Below are positions 1 to 12,485 of a stretch of DNA of 64,000 nucleotides, piece by piece. The position numbers were made by a program, and so were the translations under genes. The stretch lies in NCBI GenBank assembly GCA_964187785.1, contig OZ076410.1:80228001-80292000 (forward strand), read 5' to 3'. The number at the start of each line of letters is the position of its first letter. Position 1 is the stretch's first letter. Below the pieces are notes generated by a model that was given only the letters and a program-made list of their open reading frames with translations, was not told where the DNA came from and did no database searches. The DNA comes from Amphiscolops sp. MND2022 (lineage: Eukaryota).

Positions 1-1488
1 CGTTCAAAATTGTCCTACAACGCGCGAACCAAAAACAAGCGCTTTATGCCTTCCGTTATCGTTAGAAACCATCTACATACAGAGCCTCACGAACGTGTAA
101 CAATAAAATAGCAAAATTGAAGAACATAACCACACGAATTAAGTGATAATTTTGATTAAATTGCTTGAGAGTAAATATAAAAACCTAAAAAGACAATTCC
201 CCACAGAATCCGTTAATTCAACGTGTCCCATTAATATTCCTAGCGGTTAACTAGTTTAATGGTTAAAGCCTTGTAAATTTATTTTTTAATTTGTTTATTA
301 CAAGTTCATCGTGGGGTCCCTGGTTAAAAGTACTTGAATTTTTTTTTACAAGTTTACGTATGTTGCCAAACTAATTTTTCATGATTTTTCAAAATTCTCA
401 AAGAAATTACATGAATTAAACTTCGCTGGTTCAATTTAAATTTATCAAGCTGCCTATTAGATTGATCCTAATAAAACATGAAACTACGACTTTTCAGTTG
501 GAATTATCTTCGAAACGTTACAAACGATGGTTGAATCCTAAAAAAGTAAAACTACATGTTCAATATTACATGAATGTTTGAGGTATGTAAGGTGAGTTCT
601 TCCATCTCAAAACTCTCGAAGCGATATGGATCGGAGAGGGATACAAATTGGAAAGAATTCGAACGAAATTAGAAACCTAAAAACGTGTAATTATTTCAAA
701 GTCAGCGGAAAAAAAGTTTGTTCTAAGATTGATTACTGAACTACTGTTTTTGGGGAAAGAAGTAAAATCAATGCAGACAAAAACGTACCCTCAAGTTCGA
801 TAAGTACATTAGGTTCTGATGTTCATGCATGCTAATGAAAGAAGTGATTGGTGGTCGTCAGAAGGCATTGTGCAAAAACCAAGATGAAAGGCTACAAAGT
901 TTGATTGATCTCAAGATTAGTTTGAGCACAGAAGATTCAATTCTTGCGGATTAACTAGAACATACAGATACTGAGGACGTGTCGAAGAAGTACAACGGTT
1001 TTGTCGAGGCCCCTTTTTGCTCTTAGAACACATCAACAAGTTACTGCTCAATCTCACGTTTTGCTGATAATAGCACAGTTTGAACCTTGATCAACAATTT
1101 CAGACGACACGCAAAGGGGTTGGATGTCAATGTTCTTACTATATGTGGATCCATCAGTTTTTGTGAAGTAGACTCAATGAACTTTGAGATTGTCCAAGTG
1201 AAGATCTTTATTAGAATTCAATTCAAGCATCTTGAAGTTCATTTAGATGCAAGTTTGAAGTTGCAAGAGCGTGTTTGAAAGAGCGAGTTTGCAAGAGCTT
1301 TTTTGCAGCCAAATGGTCCAGCAATGATGGACTTGAAGCTGTGGTTTCAAAGTGACTTGCTCAAGGTCACAAATTGTGACTGCTCACCTTTGCTCCTTAA
1401 AAAAAACTTTTTCAGCACCAAATGCGCTATTTTCGTCACTGACCATACCACTAAGCTAGAGATGAAGGACTTGCTCAAAGCCCAAGAA

Positions 1489-1565
1489 TGGTGAGTTAAG
1501 TGCGATTCGAACCTGCTACCGCCCCAGTACAGGCTGGACGTCCTAACCGCTACACCATGTTCCCC
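1489..1565 (-). pseudogene. tRNA-like remnant (tRNA pseudogene or SINE head)
   Basis: Minus strand reads GGGGAACATGGTGTAGCGGTTAGGACG...GCAGGTTCGAATCGCACTTAACTCACCA. It has an A-box-like TGGTGTAGCGG, a B-box GGTTCGAATC and a 3' CCA. The acceptor stem pairs poorly and the anticodon loop is irregular. Confidence 0.5.
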
Positions 1566-2633
1566 CGTGTGATCTCCACCATGTAAGTAGATAGATACAG
1601 GCAAGGATGGAACAATGTGACCTAAAGTTTTCGCTACTTCAATCGAGACCCTGAACTCAAAAACCGTATCCAGGGGAAACTAATGTCTCTAAAAGTTGAC
1701 ACTTCTAGATCAACTTTTCCTTCGCTTCAATAAACTTGACAAACTCCAATCGGCTAAAAGGCTGCTCTACAAGAAGGTCTGATAATCAATCCTGTTCGTA
1801 ATAAATTTAAGCTCAGTGACCTGTTTGAAAAACATTTGGTTTACTTTTTACTTACTCACTCATTCACAGAAAAAAATTCGTTTGTCAGGAAATTTCCTAA
1901 CATTAGCAATTTCTCGCGTCCATGAGAACAGAAACGTTTTGTTTCGCAATAACAATTTGAAAACGACGGTATTAATTAAATTTAGATGGTAGTTTCAAGA
2001 AGCAATCTATGAAAATGTCTGAAATAGAATGTCGCAGACTACCGCATCTGATGGCGTGCGATACGAAGTGGTCCCTGAAAGTTTGAACACTGTACTGCCA
2101 CCTGGCGTACCTCCCCATGAGCTGAATTGGATCTGAGGGATCTAAGGTCCATGTAGTTATACCATACATTTTGCTGATAAACAAAACTAATGGATTCTCT
2201 TCGCTGTACGTTTTATTTGTATTCGTATGAACAGTCATGTAACTATAGCATAACTTAAGAAGCAGTATGTTATAGTTGTTGATTATTATTATATGTTATA
2301 GCATGTAAAATTCACTTTTCAGTGAGATTGAATAAGCTGATAATCTAATCTTGAAGTGAAGGCGTTCGAGTGAGGCAAAGCTTTGGCCAACTTCTTTAGG
2401 ATTAGCAACCAACCAGAAAGCTAGCTTATGAAGCTATTTGGACTACCAGTCCGCTATTTTATGAAGCGCGTTGCCACGCGTGCAAATATCATGTTCGATA
2501 CTTGATGTAATGTTTAGGAGGCAAGCCGCTTTCTCCCTCTCAAACCTATTAACAAACCACTCTCTTTCATCCACAGCCGTAGTTACTAAGGATTGGGTTT
2601 TCACTGAATACCGCTACTATGACGTGCACTTGA

Positions 2634-2833
2634 NNNNNNNNNNNNNNNNNNNNNNNNNNNNNNNNNNNNNNNNNNNNNNNNNNNNNNNNNNNNNNNNNNN
2701 NNNNNNNNNNNNNNNNNNNNNNNNNNNNNNNNNNNNNNNNNNNNNNNNNNNNNNNNNNNNNNNNNNNNNNNNNNNNNNNNNNNNNNNNNNNNNNNNNNNN
2801 NNNNNNNNNNNNNNNNNNNNNNNNNNNNNNNNN
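2634..2833. other. Assembly gap (200 N)
   Basis: Run of exactly 200 N. Confidence 1.
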
Positions 2834-3690
2834 CAAATTGAATGTGATTGAATTCGTGATCCCCACAGAATGAGTTCAGCAGACTACCAAAACTGATTTA
2901 GGGTATGGCAGCTAATTAATACTGCCGTTCTTGAGTACTGTATTTGGAATACTCCCCTTCCTGTAGTGCTCTAAACGCAGAAACGGCGCGAGGCGAGGTG
3001 CCACTACTGGAACAGCGGCTGGTTTTCACGAAGGAGGAAAGGAGGGTGCCCGAGTCATTCGAAATGTTTTGGCTGTGAATGCAATAAATTTATGATAACT
3101 GAAAATAGTTTCGTTTTAGTCGGCGTTTTCGAGAAATGAAGTCGACTACAGTAGTGGCGTTTCATGGACCCCCCATGCAGCAGATTCCTATTAGCAATTC
3201 TATGAGTTTACCGAGTGCCAAATTGATGAGTGCTGTAAAACAAGGGTGAGTTTGCGCGGGTTGGATTTCCAGACTGGAAATTTCTCCTGATTTCCGCAAA
3301 AGTTAACAAGACACAAGATACCAATTCGTTTTGAACTCTCGGGTTATTTCGGCGCTCTGTGACTTTTTTTCGATAAAATTTCAAAACTCGACAAGTGTTC
3401 GACTCCTTCAGTTTTTTAAACGTTGTAGCTTCGGAAAAAGCGTTTAACGAGCCTAAATAATCTCCTCTTGGGTTTTTCCTGTACCATGAAAATTTTTTGT
3501 AGCGAAAATTATTGGAACGTATTTTTTCAAAAAAATGGGTTTTTCTGATGTTTTTTGTTCAGACAAAAAAACTGTTGTCTCAAAGGTATCCGTTTAGTGT
3601 ATTTTTTGACACTGAATGATAAATGAAAAGTTTCACAATAGTTGTCACTTGATTATTCAAAAGACTTTGCTCTTTTTGAACTTCGAGCGG

Positions 3691-3716
3691 GGCGCCAACT
3701 TGGGCCATTTCCGGCC
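3691..3716 (+). repeat. Degenerate 3' end of the Helentron-associated-like family
   Basis: GGCGCCAACTTGGGCCATTTCCGGCC resembles the 3' end of the 33773-34222 copy (GCGCCAACTTGGGCCGGTCCCGGC) and follows a T/A-run-rich tract. Confidence 0.3.
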
Positions 3717-4362
3717 TCTATTTTATTTTTTATGCTGTTTGGTAACGCAATGCTTTTTTCGCAACATTTTGCAAACATGGAGCTTGGCGTACTCAGGAAA
3801 AATGTTTATTCGTTTGATTGCTATTGCCAATACTAAGTGACTCCAGACAGAGTGACTACTAACTTGACGCTTTTTTGTTTAGTACTTTCAGTTTAAACGA
3901 TAATGGTGCCAAAATGGTTTCAATCAATTGCTCCGCATCCTTCTGTTAAGTCATCCCTTTTCTGAGTAGGGGGTTTGTTATAACCACTGCGCACAACAAT
4001 GAACACAATTTATTATTGCTATTTCTATTGAATTATTATCCGAAAACGAAGATATAGGCAGTCACAGCTGCATACCTTTGCGGAGAATATAACACGCTAT
4101 TGCAATTTCGCGCACTGAAACGATGCACTTCCTAAACCGAACGTTTTCAAGTTTTTATTTACTTCACTAATTAGGCCATATTCTTTTCAATTTCTTTTCC
4201 TGTCCCTTGGTTTTAAAGGCAGCGACCACAATTGTTAAAAAGCTCATTCTCTGTCGTCAATGGGCGACGATTCAATTATAGAGTAATCAGTGTAAGACCC
4301 ACGTCCCGTGGTGTCTCTCAAATCACAAGCGGATCGTGAATCCTTTTTTGTTATCTTTGTTT

Positions 4363-4830
4363 TCAACCCGGATGTACTCTCCTTGTTTTCCTGACTATGC
4401 TTGCCTCAGTGTCCCTAATTCCTGAAGATGACATCGAACTAACAATATTTTGAATCTCTGGAATGACCCTTCCAGCTATGGCAGTGCTAATAGCCCTGTT
4501 TATTTGGCTATGCATCATGGACATCATTGAGTCCATTTCATGGGACAATCTAAAACTAAATTCGTTTGAAAAGATCTCGAAGGACTGTCTGACATCGTTT
4601 TGTCTAAATGAATCATTTTCGCAGGTGAAATCTCTATAATCACCCCTCTCGTGCAAATCGGTTTCAATGTCCCCTTGGACTGAAGATTGTTCAATAGAAT
4701 CAGCTAATTCTCTTTCTATGGGATTGCTGTTCCCGTTTCCGAACATAACGTCTAAATTATCCACATCGGACATCATGTCCATCTCTCTGGAGTTTCTAGC
4801 TTTTGCTTTCTGTCTTCATGTGGAAGGCAT
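4363..4830 (-). pseudogene. Truncated retroelement ORF1/gag-leader fragment (MPST*RQKAKARNSREMDMMSD...)
   Basis: ATG at 4830 is in frame with ORF 4363-4782 and has a TGA at codon 5. Clearly homologous to 24506-25102 (LDVMFG/LDIMLG; SHEMDSMMSMMHSQINRAIS/SRELDEMMGSVNTQIQRAIS). Gag affiliation is inferred. Confidence 0.5.
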
Positions 4831-6279
4831 AAATGTTTGTACTTGAGAAAACATTTAAATTACTCCAATAAACTTTACCAACAGTATAGTTGATAGAATT
4901 GTTTTCAACGTACTTTCAAAAGTATAAACTGTTGTTAATTAAAGTTATGGAAAAACTGGTCCTTGGGACGATGAGTCACTAATAATTATAGTTGCGCCAC
5001 CATGACAATCAAATTTTGGGACGACATCAGTTTATTTTTAGAATGACAGCATCTAAAAATAGCACTATAGTGACGTGTTGTTCTAATTATAGTCATCAAA
5101 GGGGTAGCGGCTTAACATGTTTACATGGCCTTGAGGGCCACGTTAATTACGGATATGGAAAAGGCATACATGATATTTACATGTCAAATCAACATTACAT
5201 ATATACCACCGCATATTTTACATTAGGATTAGCAACCTAAATTTGGGTCCATTTATTAAGCATGACAGACAGGTTTTGAACCGTGTTTTTAGGTCTCCAA
5301 AGCTATTTTATTTCAAGTAGCGCCTTTTGTTAAATGAATGAGCATCAAGAAACGCCTTTATTCAAATTTGGACTCAGTGTCCAAATGCCGCAACTCGTAC
5401 ATTAAAATGAACAAGTCAGCGGCGCATCGCCATTGAGTCTAATTATAGTACAGCATTGAGTTTTACTAGAATACTGCACTCTGATTGGTCTAAATTGCAA
5501 GAGGATTGAGTGTCCAACTGAGTGAGTTCATCTGGGAACTTTAATGGCCAGAGCGCTGTTCCTGCTTCTTCGGCTGTTCGTCTTGCTTCTCTTCTTGCAC
5601 CAGATGCCGTTAGTTCAACGTCCGCTATTCGGGATAGCAATGAGCTCCTTGGAGTGGACGAGCCTACTCTTGTGACTCGTGATCTTGAAGTTGTCGTTCC
5701 TTCTCCGGAAGTTGCTCGGTATGATCCCCAACCTCCTCAAAGGAACAGTGTTTTTCTGTCTACACCTCGTGGAGGCGAGGGAGTTTGCCCCCCCCTGAAG
5801 AAGAAGAAGTATTGTAGGGGGCGCAGAACCCTCCTGTTGTTTCATTTGCCGATGCGTCTCCCCGATGTTCATCGTTCTTGCTTGAATTTGCTGAGACTTG
5901 TCAAAAACTTACTGCTTCACGTGCTGCTAGAGAAGGTTGGGTTGTTCATGAATAGGTTTTTAGTTAGATTTTATTTGTGGGGTTTTTATTAAGTGGATTT
6001 GTGGTTGTTTGTAGTTATTTCTCCACAGCCTGGGACTGCTCTTGCTGGTTTTTTTTTGTGGAAGCGTCGTCGTGTGGTTTTCGTTAGTGACAACCAGCGT
6101 GGGTAGACCGTTCCTAAGGGTAATAGTTGGTTTAGGTGGAATTTGGGGGAATGTATTTTGGTGTTGTTATTTTGTTTAATTTTTTGTGTAGGTAGTGACG
6201 GTGATAACTCCGATGGTGTCGCTTTGGCGGACGTGGTTCAAGGAGTTTCAGCTCTTAGCGGGTTGATTACGTCTGGGGC

Positions 6280-6509
6280 TATCAAGTATTTATTTTCTTG
6301 AGCTAGAAGTCACAGCATGTATATCTTCTACTTTTTATCGAGATTTCTGCTCTCAATAAATGTATGAACAACTCATGAAATATCTCTTTTTTGCTTTGGC
6401 GCCAAATAATTGATGACTACTTCACTGTAAACTTTTGTATCATTCTTTGTTGACTTTCATCAAAAATCAGTTCACTTCTCAGAACAAAACAACGTTTTGG
6501 AAATCAAGA
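6280..6509 (+). repeat. Copia 5' LTR
   Basis: Direct repeat of 12256-12485 with 6 mismatches in 230 bp by manual count. Confidence 0.95.
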
Positions 6510-6517
6510 GGTTATGG
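6510..6517 (+). promoter_or_regulatory. Copia-type primer-binding site, 5' part (GGTTATGG)
   Basis: Abuts the 5' LTR. Matches the first 8 nt of the Drosophila copia-type PBS GGTTATGGGCCCAG. Confidence 0.6.
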
Positions 6518-7366
6518 AAAACTGTCACGCTTCTTGCAACAAAAATAACTAAGACTTCTTTGCCGAAGAAGTTGGATGTTTGTGCGCTCTGAGACCAACA
6601 ACATAGACGATTTGCAACTTTTGATGAACAGCGATGACCACTAGATGTTGAAGTGGGACGATGATGTATTTGCGATGGACTAGAAGTGGAGTCACAGTGG
6701 AGTGCCAGTGAGGGTTCAGCGTGGCTACGACGTTTTTTTGAGCAGTGTCAGTTTGCAGCTGAAGTTAACAGTTCTCGAGGAAGCAATTTTGCGAGTGTTA
6801 CAAGTAACTCTGAAAACTTGAACTCAAACTCCTCTTTTCTTCTCTTTCTTTTTTTGGTGCTCTTATTTATAGCTACTGTTTTTGCTAGTCTGAGTCAAGA
6901 GTGGAGTTGAGTTGAGTGGAGAGACAACACATAGCAAGTTTTCAAAGTAAAAAGTTTTGGGGGGATTTAAGATCCAGTTAGTAGGACCGTCTCAGAAAAA
7001 TTTTCTTTAGTCCATAATTTACTGACAGACAGTTTGATTCCTTTTTTGTGAGGTTGCTTTGCCCTTGAAAGTTATTATTCCACACATAACTGCTGTAGCT
7101 AAAGCACTGTTTGGCCAACAGTCAGTATTGGAATGAGTTGATTCTGAAGTAAGTTTCAGGAGGTCTGTCATTTGCATTTATTGGATAAGGCTTTTTTTGC
7201 GTGATTGCAGCGCGTTCTTAGAAACAATTCCACTAGAACACAATTCACGAGGTTCAGGATTCACAAGGTTTAGGTGTTTAGCGAAAAGGACTAAACAGTG
7301 AGTATAGAAACCAGTGTAATAACATCTTTAAAAAAATCACGTTACGTTGAGAAAACTACCGCTAAG

Positions 7367-8200
7367 ATGGCTACTTCGACCAGGACAGTGCATTCTAAAC
7401 TCAAAACTTTAATGTTTTCTGGTCAGGATGAAGATTTTGAATATTTCGCGGAACGATTTGAAGCTCGGCTTCATTTGCTCAAGCTAAGAAGTGTGTTGTT
7501 TGACACTGAAACTTTGCCGGCAACGGAAGTCGAAAACTTTGCCGCTGAGAGTGAAAAACTGAAAGAAAAGCAGTTCGAAGTATGGTGCGAATTGGTTCAA
7601 TGTTTAGATAAGAAGACGTTAAGTCTTATAAAGTGCCTAAAACCGAATGGCACTGTAGCTTGGCGTGCACTCCAAAATTATTTTAAGAGCAAAGAAAGAC
7701 CGCGCATTCACCAACTTTTGAACAAGTTGACAAACTTGAAACTCGATTCAAGTGAAAGTATTCGTGACTACTTAGTCAGAGCTGAGGAACTTCAGCTGAA
7801 TTCGAGCGAAGTGAACGAAAACGTAAGTGACCAAATGCTTTGTTCGGTAGTTTTGAAAGGCCTTTCACAACAGTTCGCGAACTTTGTCACTGTTTTCAAG
7901 TTTTCGCACGAGCTAAAGTCTTTTCTAGATTTAAAGAAAGATACTCAATTTTGATAGCGAGAGCAACCTGAAAGGTACGGATCAAGGTTCTAGTTCACAT
8001 TTCAGTAAAGATGTGAAGTGTTTCAAATGCGGCAAGTTCGGTCATAAGCAAGCGCAATGTCGGTCGAAACTGTTGCGATCGTTTGTTACGAATGTGGTGA
8101 GAAAGGTCACAAGGCTAATGCGTGTCCCAAAGCTCAAAAGAAGCCATTTGATAAGCGTAATAAGGAAACACAAAAGAGGTTTTTTACGAAACGGAACGAA
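7367..8200 (+). pseudogene. gag: Copia gag (frameshifted) with two CCHC zinc knuckles
   Basis: MATSTRTVHSKLKTLMFSGQDEDF... with a UBN2-like core (RIHQLLNKLTNLKL...DYL.RAEEL). Knuckles CFKCGKFGHKQAQC and CYECGEKGHKANAC. Confidence 0.85.
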
Positions 8201-8279
8201 GGCAACTTGACAACTGAACTCAACGATACGGACGGATTTTCTTTTCACGCGTCCGATCAACGAGAAGACGGCTCTCAAT

Positions 8280-11200
8280 TCGAACTTTTGATAGAGAGTG
8301 GCTGCACAAGTCACATGATAAAAGACATAGAGATATTCAGTTATCTAGAAACGTCCCAGAAAGGAAATTATCTTGTGCTAACGGCACTGAGTCCGTCGTT
8401 GAAGGTAGAGGTAAAATAGAGTTTTTCGCCAAAAACAGTCGCGGAATATTACAAAAAGTAGCTCTCGAAAAAACTCTGCATGTCCCCCAGTATTCGAAAA
8501 ACCTAATCTCAATCAAAAGACTGAAAGTCGCGGAGGCGAAAGTAATATTTGATGAGAAACCCAGGATTGAGATTGAAAATGATTGTTTTTCTTTAGAAAG
8601 TCGGAACAATCTGTTCTTTTTGCGCGCTACAAAATTCGAAGTAAGCAACACTGCTGAAGATACACTGCAGTTTTGGCTTGAACGTTTAGGCCATAACAAT
8701 AAGATAGACATTCGTAAACTATCAAAACAGACTGATAGTTTGAAAGTTCTGGACAAAGACGACGAGGGTGATGTCTGTAACACTCAAAAAGCGAGACGTA
8801 GTCCCATATGTAAAACAGTAGGTACACGAGAATCGAAACCTCTAGAAATAGTTCATGTTGACATTTCGCCCGAGCCAATTGAATCAGTCGACGGATTCAA
8901 ATTTGCTTTGGCCTTTGTTGATAGTTTTAGTCGGTTAGGTGCTGTCTATTTGCTGAAAAGTAAAGACGAAGTTGCACCGAAACCAGAACTTTTTCTCGCT
9001 GAGTTAGGGAAGCCACGTAGAATCGTGAGCGATAACGCGAAAGAATTCGAGTTTTGTAAGTTTGCAGATGTTTGTTTGAGAAACCATATTCGTCAAGAGT
9101 TTACCGCTACGTACACTCCCGAAGAAAGTGGGAAAGTTGAAAGAGTATGGAGTACCATCGGCGCGATGGTGAGATGTATGTTAAAAACTGCGAACTTAGT
9201 AGAAACGTTTTGGTCTTTTGCAATTAGGGCAGCCTTCCACATAAAAAACAGGTGCGTTCACTCCTCACATGGTAAGACACCATTCGAGAAGTTCTTTGGA
9301 AAACCGCCAGATCTAAACCATCTGAAGGTTTTCGGCTGAAAAGCATTCGCTTTCGTAGAAAAAGAGAAACGAAAAAAGTTCGACAGTCGAGCAGAAGCAG
9401 GGATTTTGCTAGGTTATAGTAGCAATTCAAAAACTTACCTGATTGGTAGTTTTGAGAATGGAATTTTGGAGACATTGCAAACCCGAAATGTAACGTTTAA
9501 CGAGAGAGTTTTTCCAGGATCGGAAAGTTTTCATAGGCGCAGTTTTACGAACGACGAAGACATTATTTTCGAGATAGACGAAAGGGGGCGTGAGATAGCT
9601 GAGAACAGAAATGTTGGAAATGTTTTGACAGAATCAGCAGAAAATGAGGTTAGAACCAGATACGGAAGGCAAGTGAGACCACCTGAGAGATACGAACCAG
9701 GTATTAGTGAGACAGCTAATCAAATTTTTTCGTCTGAACTCGAAAATCAACTGTCGTTTCACACAAGTTTCGTAGACCCCGAATTACCGAAAACCGTTGA
9801 AGAAGCGTTATCCATTCCAGAATGGTATGGAGCTATGAAGGACGAGTTTCAGTCACTTGAGAAAAACAAAGTTTGGGAGTTAACCAAACTTCCTAAGAAC
9901 AAAAATTTAGTTAGCGGAAAATGGCATTTCACCTTAAAACGAGATGTAAACGGCAAAATTACAAATAACAAGGCACGATATGTCGCCAGAGGCTTCAATC
10001 AAAAACAGGCCGTAAATTTCGAAGAAACTTATAGTCTCACAGTGAAAATGGTGACTCTTAGATTTTTACTGAATTTGTTCGTCATTTTTTTCAGACAGAC
10101 ACTGGGAGCGAGATGTTGCGTATCGTAATCACAACCATATGCCTTCTTAAAATCGTCAAGTGATCTTGTCGTCTCAGCAGCGAAGCGAAAGCTTGAGTCG
10201 TGGACGAGTTGACAAGGATGAGGGATATAGTTTCCTTGAAGATCTGTTGCCCAGTTGCACCCGTGTAGAGTCTACTGAGCCTTTATTGACGATGATAAAT
10301 CGCGTTGTCGAACTGTGTCGTTGTGGGGGCAGTATTGTTCTTCTGCGGAAACTGTGGGGCAACTTAACTTCAGGGCTACTCTAGGACACAAAGACCCCCT
10401 TTACAACCTGCAGTGGAATCGCTCCGAAACTCTGGTTAGTTATGTCTGGTATTGTTTCTAGTGCTTGTAATGGAGGTTGTAATGGAAGTGACCGGGGGGA
10501 GGGTTAGGATGTGAGCGTTGTTGAGTGATTTATTGTTGTTTCAGTCGGTAATTTACCGCTACGTACACTCCCGAAGAAAATGGGAAAGTTGAAAGAGTAT
10601 GAAGTACCATCGGCGCGATGGTGAGATGTATGTTAAAAACTGCGAACTTAGTAGAAACGTTTTGGTCTTTTGCAATTAGGGCAGCCTTCCACACAAAAAA
10701 CAGGTGCATTCACTCCTCACATGGTAAGACACCATTCGAGAAGTTCTTTGGAAAACCGCCAGATCTAAACCATCTGAAGCTTTTCGGCTGCAAAGCATTT
10801 GCTTTCGTAGAAAAAGAGAAACGAAAAAAGTTCGACAGTCGAGCAGAAGCAGGGATTTTGCTAGGTTATAGTAGCAATTCAAAAACTTACCTGATTGGTA
10901 GTCTTGAGAATGGAATTTTGGAGACATTGCAAACCGGAAATGTAACGTTTAACGAGAGAGTTTTTCCAGGATCGGAAAGTTTTCATAGGCGCAGTTTTAC
11001 GAACGACGAAGTCATTGTTTTCGAGATAGACGAAAGGGGGCGTGAGATAGCTGAGAACAGAAATGTTGGAAATGTGTTGACAGAATCAGCAGAAAATGAG
11101 TTTAGAACCAGATAAGGAAGGCAAGTGAGACCACCTGAGAGATACGAACCAGGTATTAGTGAGACAGCTAATCAAACTTTCTCGTCTGAACTCGAAAATC

Positions 11201-12218
11201 AACTGTCGTTTCACACAAGTTTCGTAGACCCCGAATTACCGAAAACCGTTGAAGAAGCGTTATCCATTCCAGAATGGTATGGAGCTATGAAGGACGAGTT
11301 TCAGTCACTTGAGAAAAACAAAGTTTGGGAGTTAACCAAACTTCCTAAGAACAAAAATTTAGTTAGCGGAAAATGGCATTTCACCTTAAAACGAGATGGA
11401 AACGGCAAAATTATAAAATACAAGGCACGATATGTCGCCAGAGGCTTCAATCAAAAACAGGGCATAGATTTCGAAGAAACTTATAGTCCCACAGTGAAAA
11501 TGGTGACTCTTAGATTTGTACTGAGTTTTGCGGTACAACGAGACATGAAGTTGAAGCAATTAGATGTGAAGACAGCTTATCTCAACGCAGAGATAGACGA
11601 AGAAATCTTTGTTCAACAACCGTTAGGCTTCGAAGTGTTGAAAGACGGCGAGAATTTGGTTTGCAAATTAAAAAAATCGTTGTACGGACTAAAACAATCG
11701 GGACGAAATTGGTTCTTTACTCTAAGAGGTTTTTTGACAAGCATTGGATTCAAGGGGAGCAAAAGAGATCCTTGCCTCTTTTTGAGACATCGTAAGGGTG
11801 TCACTGATTATGTTGTAGGTTGGGTTGACGATGTGGTTTACTGTAGCAGAGATGAAAAGTTTTACGAGGAATTCGAAGTAGCGCAGCAACACAAGAATTG
11901 GTTTTTCTGAGAGAGCTAGGTGCAGAGCTTGGTATGAGAAAATCATTACCGAGTTCTGTCTTCGTTGACAATCAGGCTTGTATAGCAATGACTAAAAACG
12001 CTGTCAATTCCCAAAAAGTTAAACACTTCGCCATCAAGCTACATTTCTTGCAAGAGAAAATAGACGAGAAGGTTTTAGAAGTTAAGTTCTGTCCAACCGA
12101 AATTATGACAGCGGAAATTTTGACTAAAGCGTTAGGGAGGGTCAAGTTTCAGAGGTTCAGTAAGGAAATAGCTGGTGGTATAACAACCCAGAGAGAGAAT
12201 AGTAACTTTAATCGTTAG
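8280..12218 (+). pseudogene. pol: Copia pol (PR, GAG-pre-integrase, integrase, SH3, RT, partial RNase H); internally duplicated and deleted
   Basis: PR LLIESGCTSHM (DSG->ESG). Integrase IVHVDI / VDSFSR / IVSDNAKEF / GKVER. RT YKARYVARGF, QLDVKTAYLN, LKKSLYGLKQSGRNW, WVDD. RNase H VFVDNQACIAM, KHFAIKLHF. RT C-terminus and RNase H N-terminus are deleted at ~11880. Confidence 0.95.
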
Positions 12219-12243
12219 ACATGAGTTCCTATTTACAGCTCAT

Positions 12244-12255
12244 GAAAAGGGGGAG
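12244..12255 (+). promoter_or_regulatory. Copia polypurine tract
   Basis: GAAAAGGGGGAG immediately before the 3' LTR. Confidence 0.9.
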
Positions 12256-12485
12256 TATCAAGTATTTATTTTCTTGAGCTAGAAGTCACAGCATGTATAT
12301 CTTCTACTTTTTATCAAGATTTCTGCTTTCAATAAGTGTATGAACAACTCATGAAATATCTCTTCTTTGCTTTGGCGCCAAATAATTGATGACTACTTCA
12401 CTGTAAACTTTTGTATCATTCTTTGTTGACTTTCATCAAAAATCAGTTCACTTCTCAGAACACAACAATGTTTTGGAAATCAAGA
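12256..12485 (+). repeat. Copia 3' LTR
   Basis: Direct repeat of 6280-6509. Confidence 0.95.

Larger units (their letters stand above)
6280..12485 (+). mobile_element. Ty1/Copia LTR retrotransposon (defective)
   Basis: Two 230-bp LTRs, copia-type PBS start, PPT, domain order gag-PR-INT-RT-RH. Flanks GGGGC / GGGAC form a 5-bp TSD with one mismatch. Confidence 0.95.

Noticed and set aside
2471-2866. ORFs of 126 and 99 aa
   Set aside because: Artefacts of translating through the N gap.
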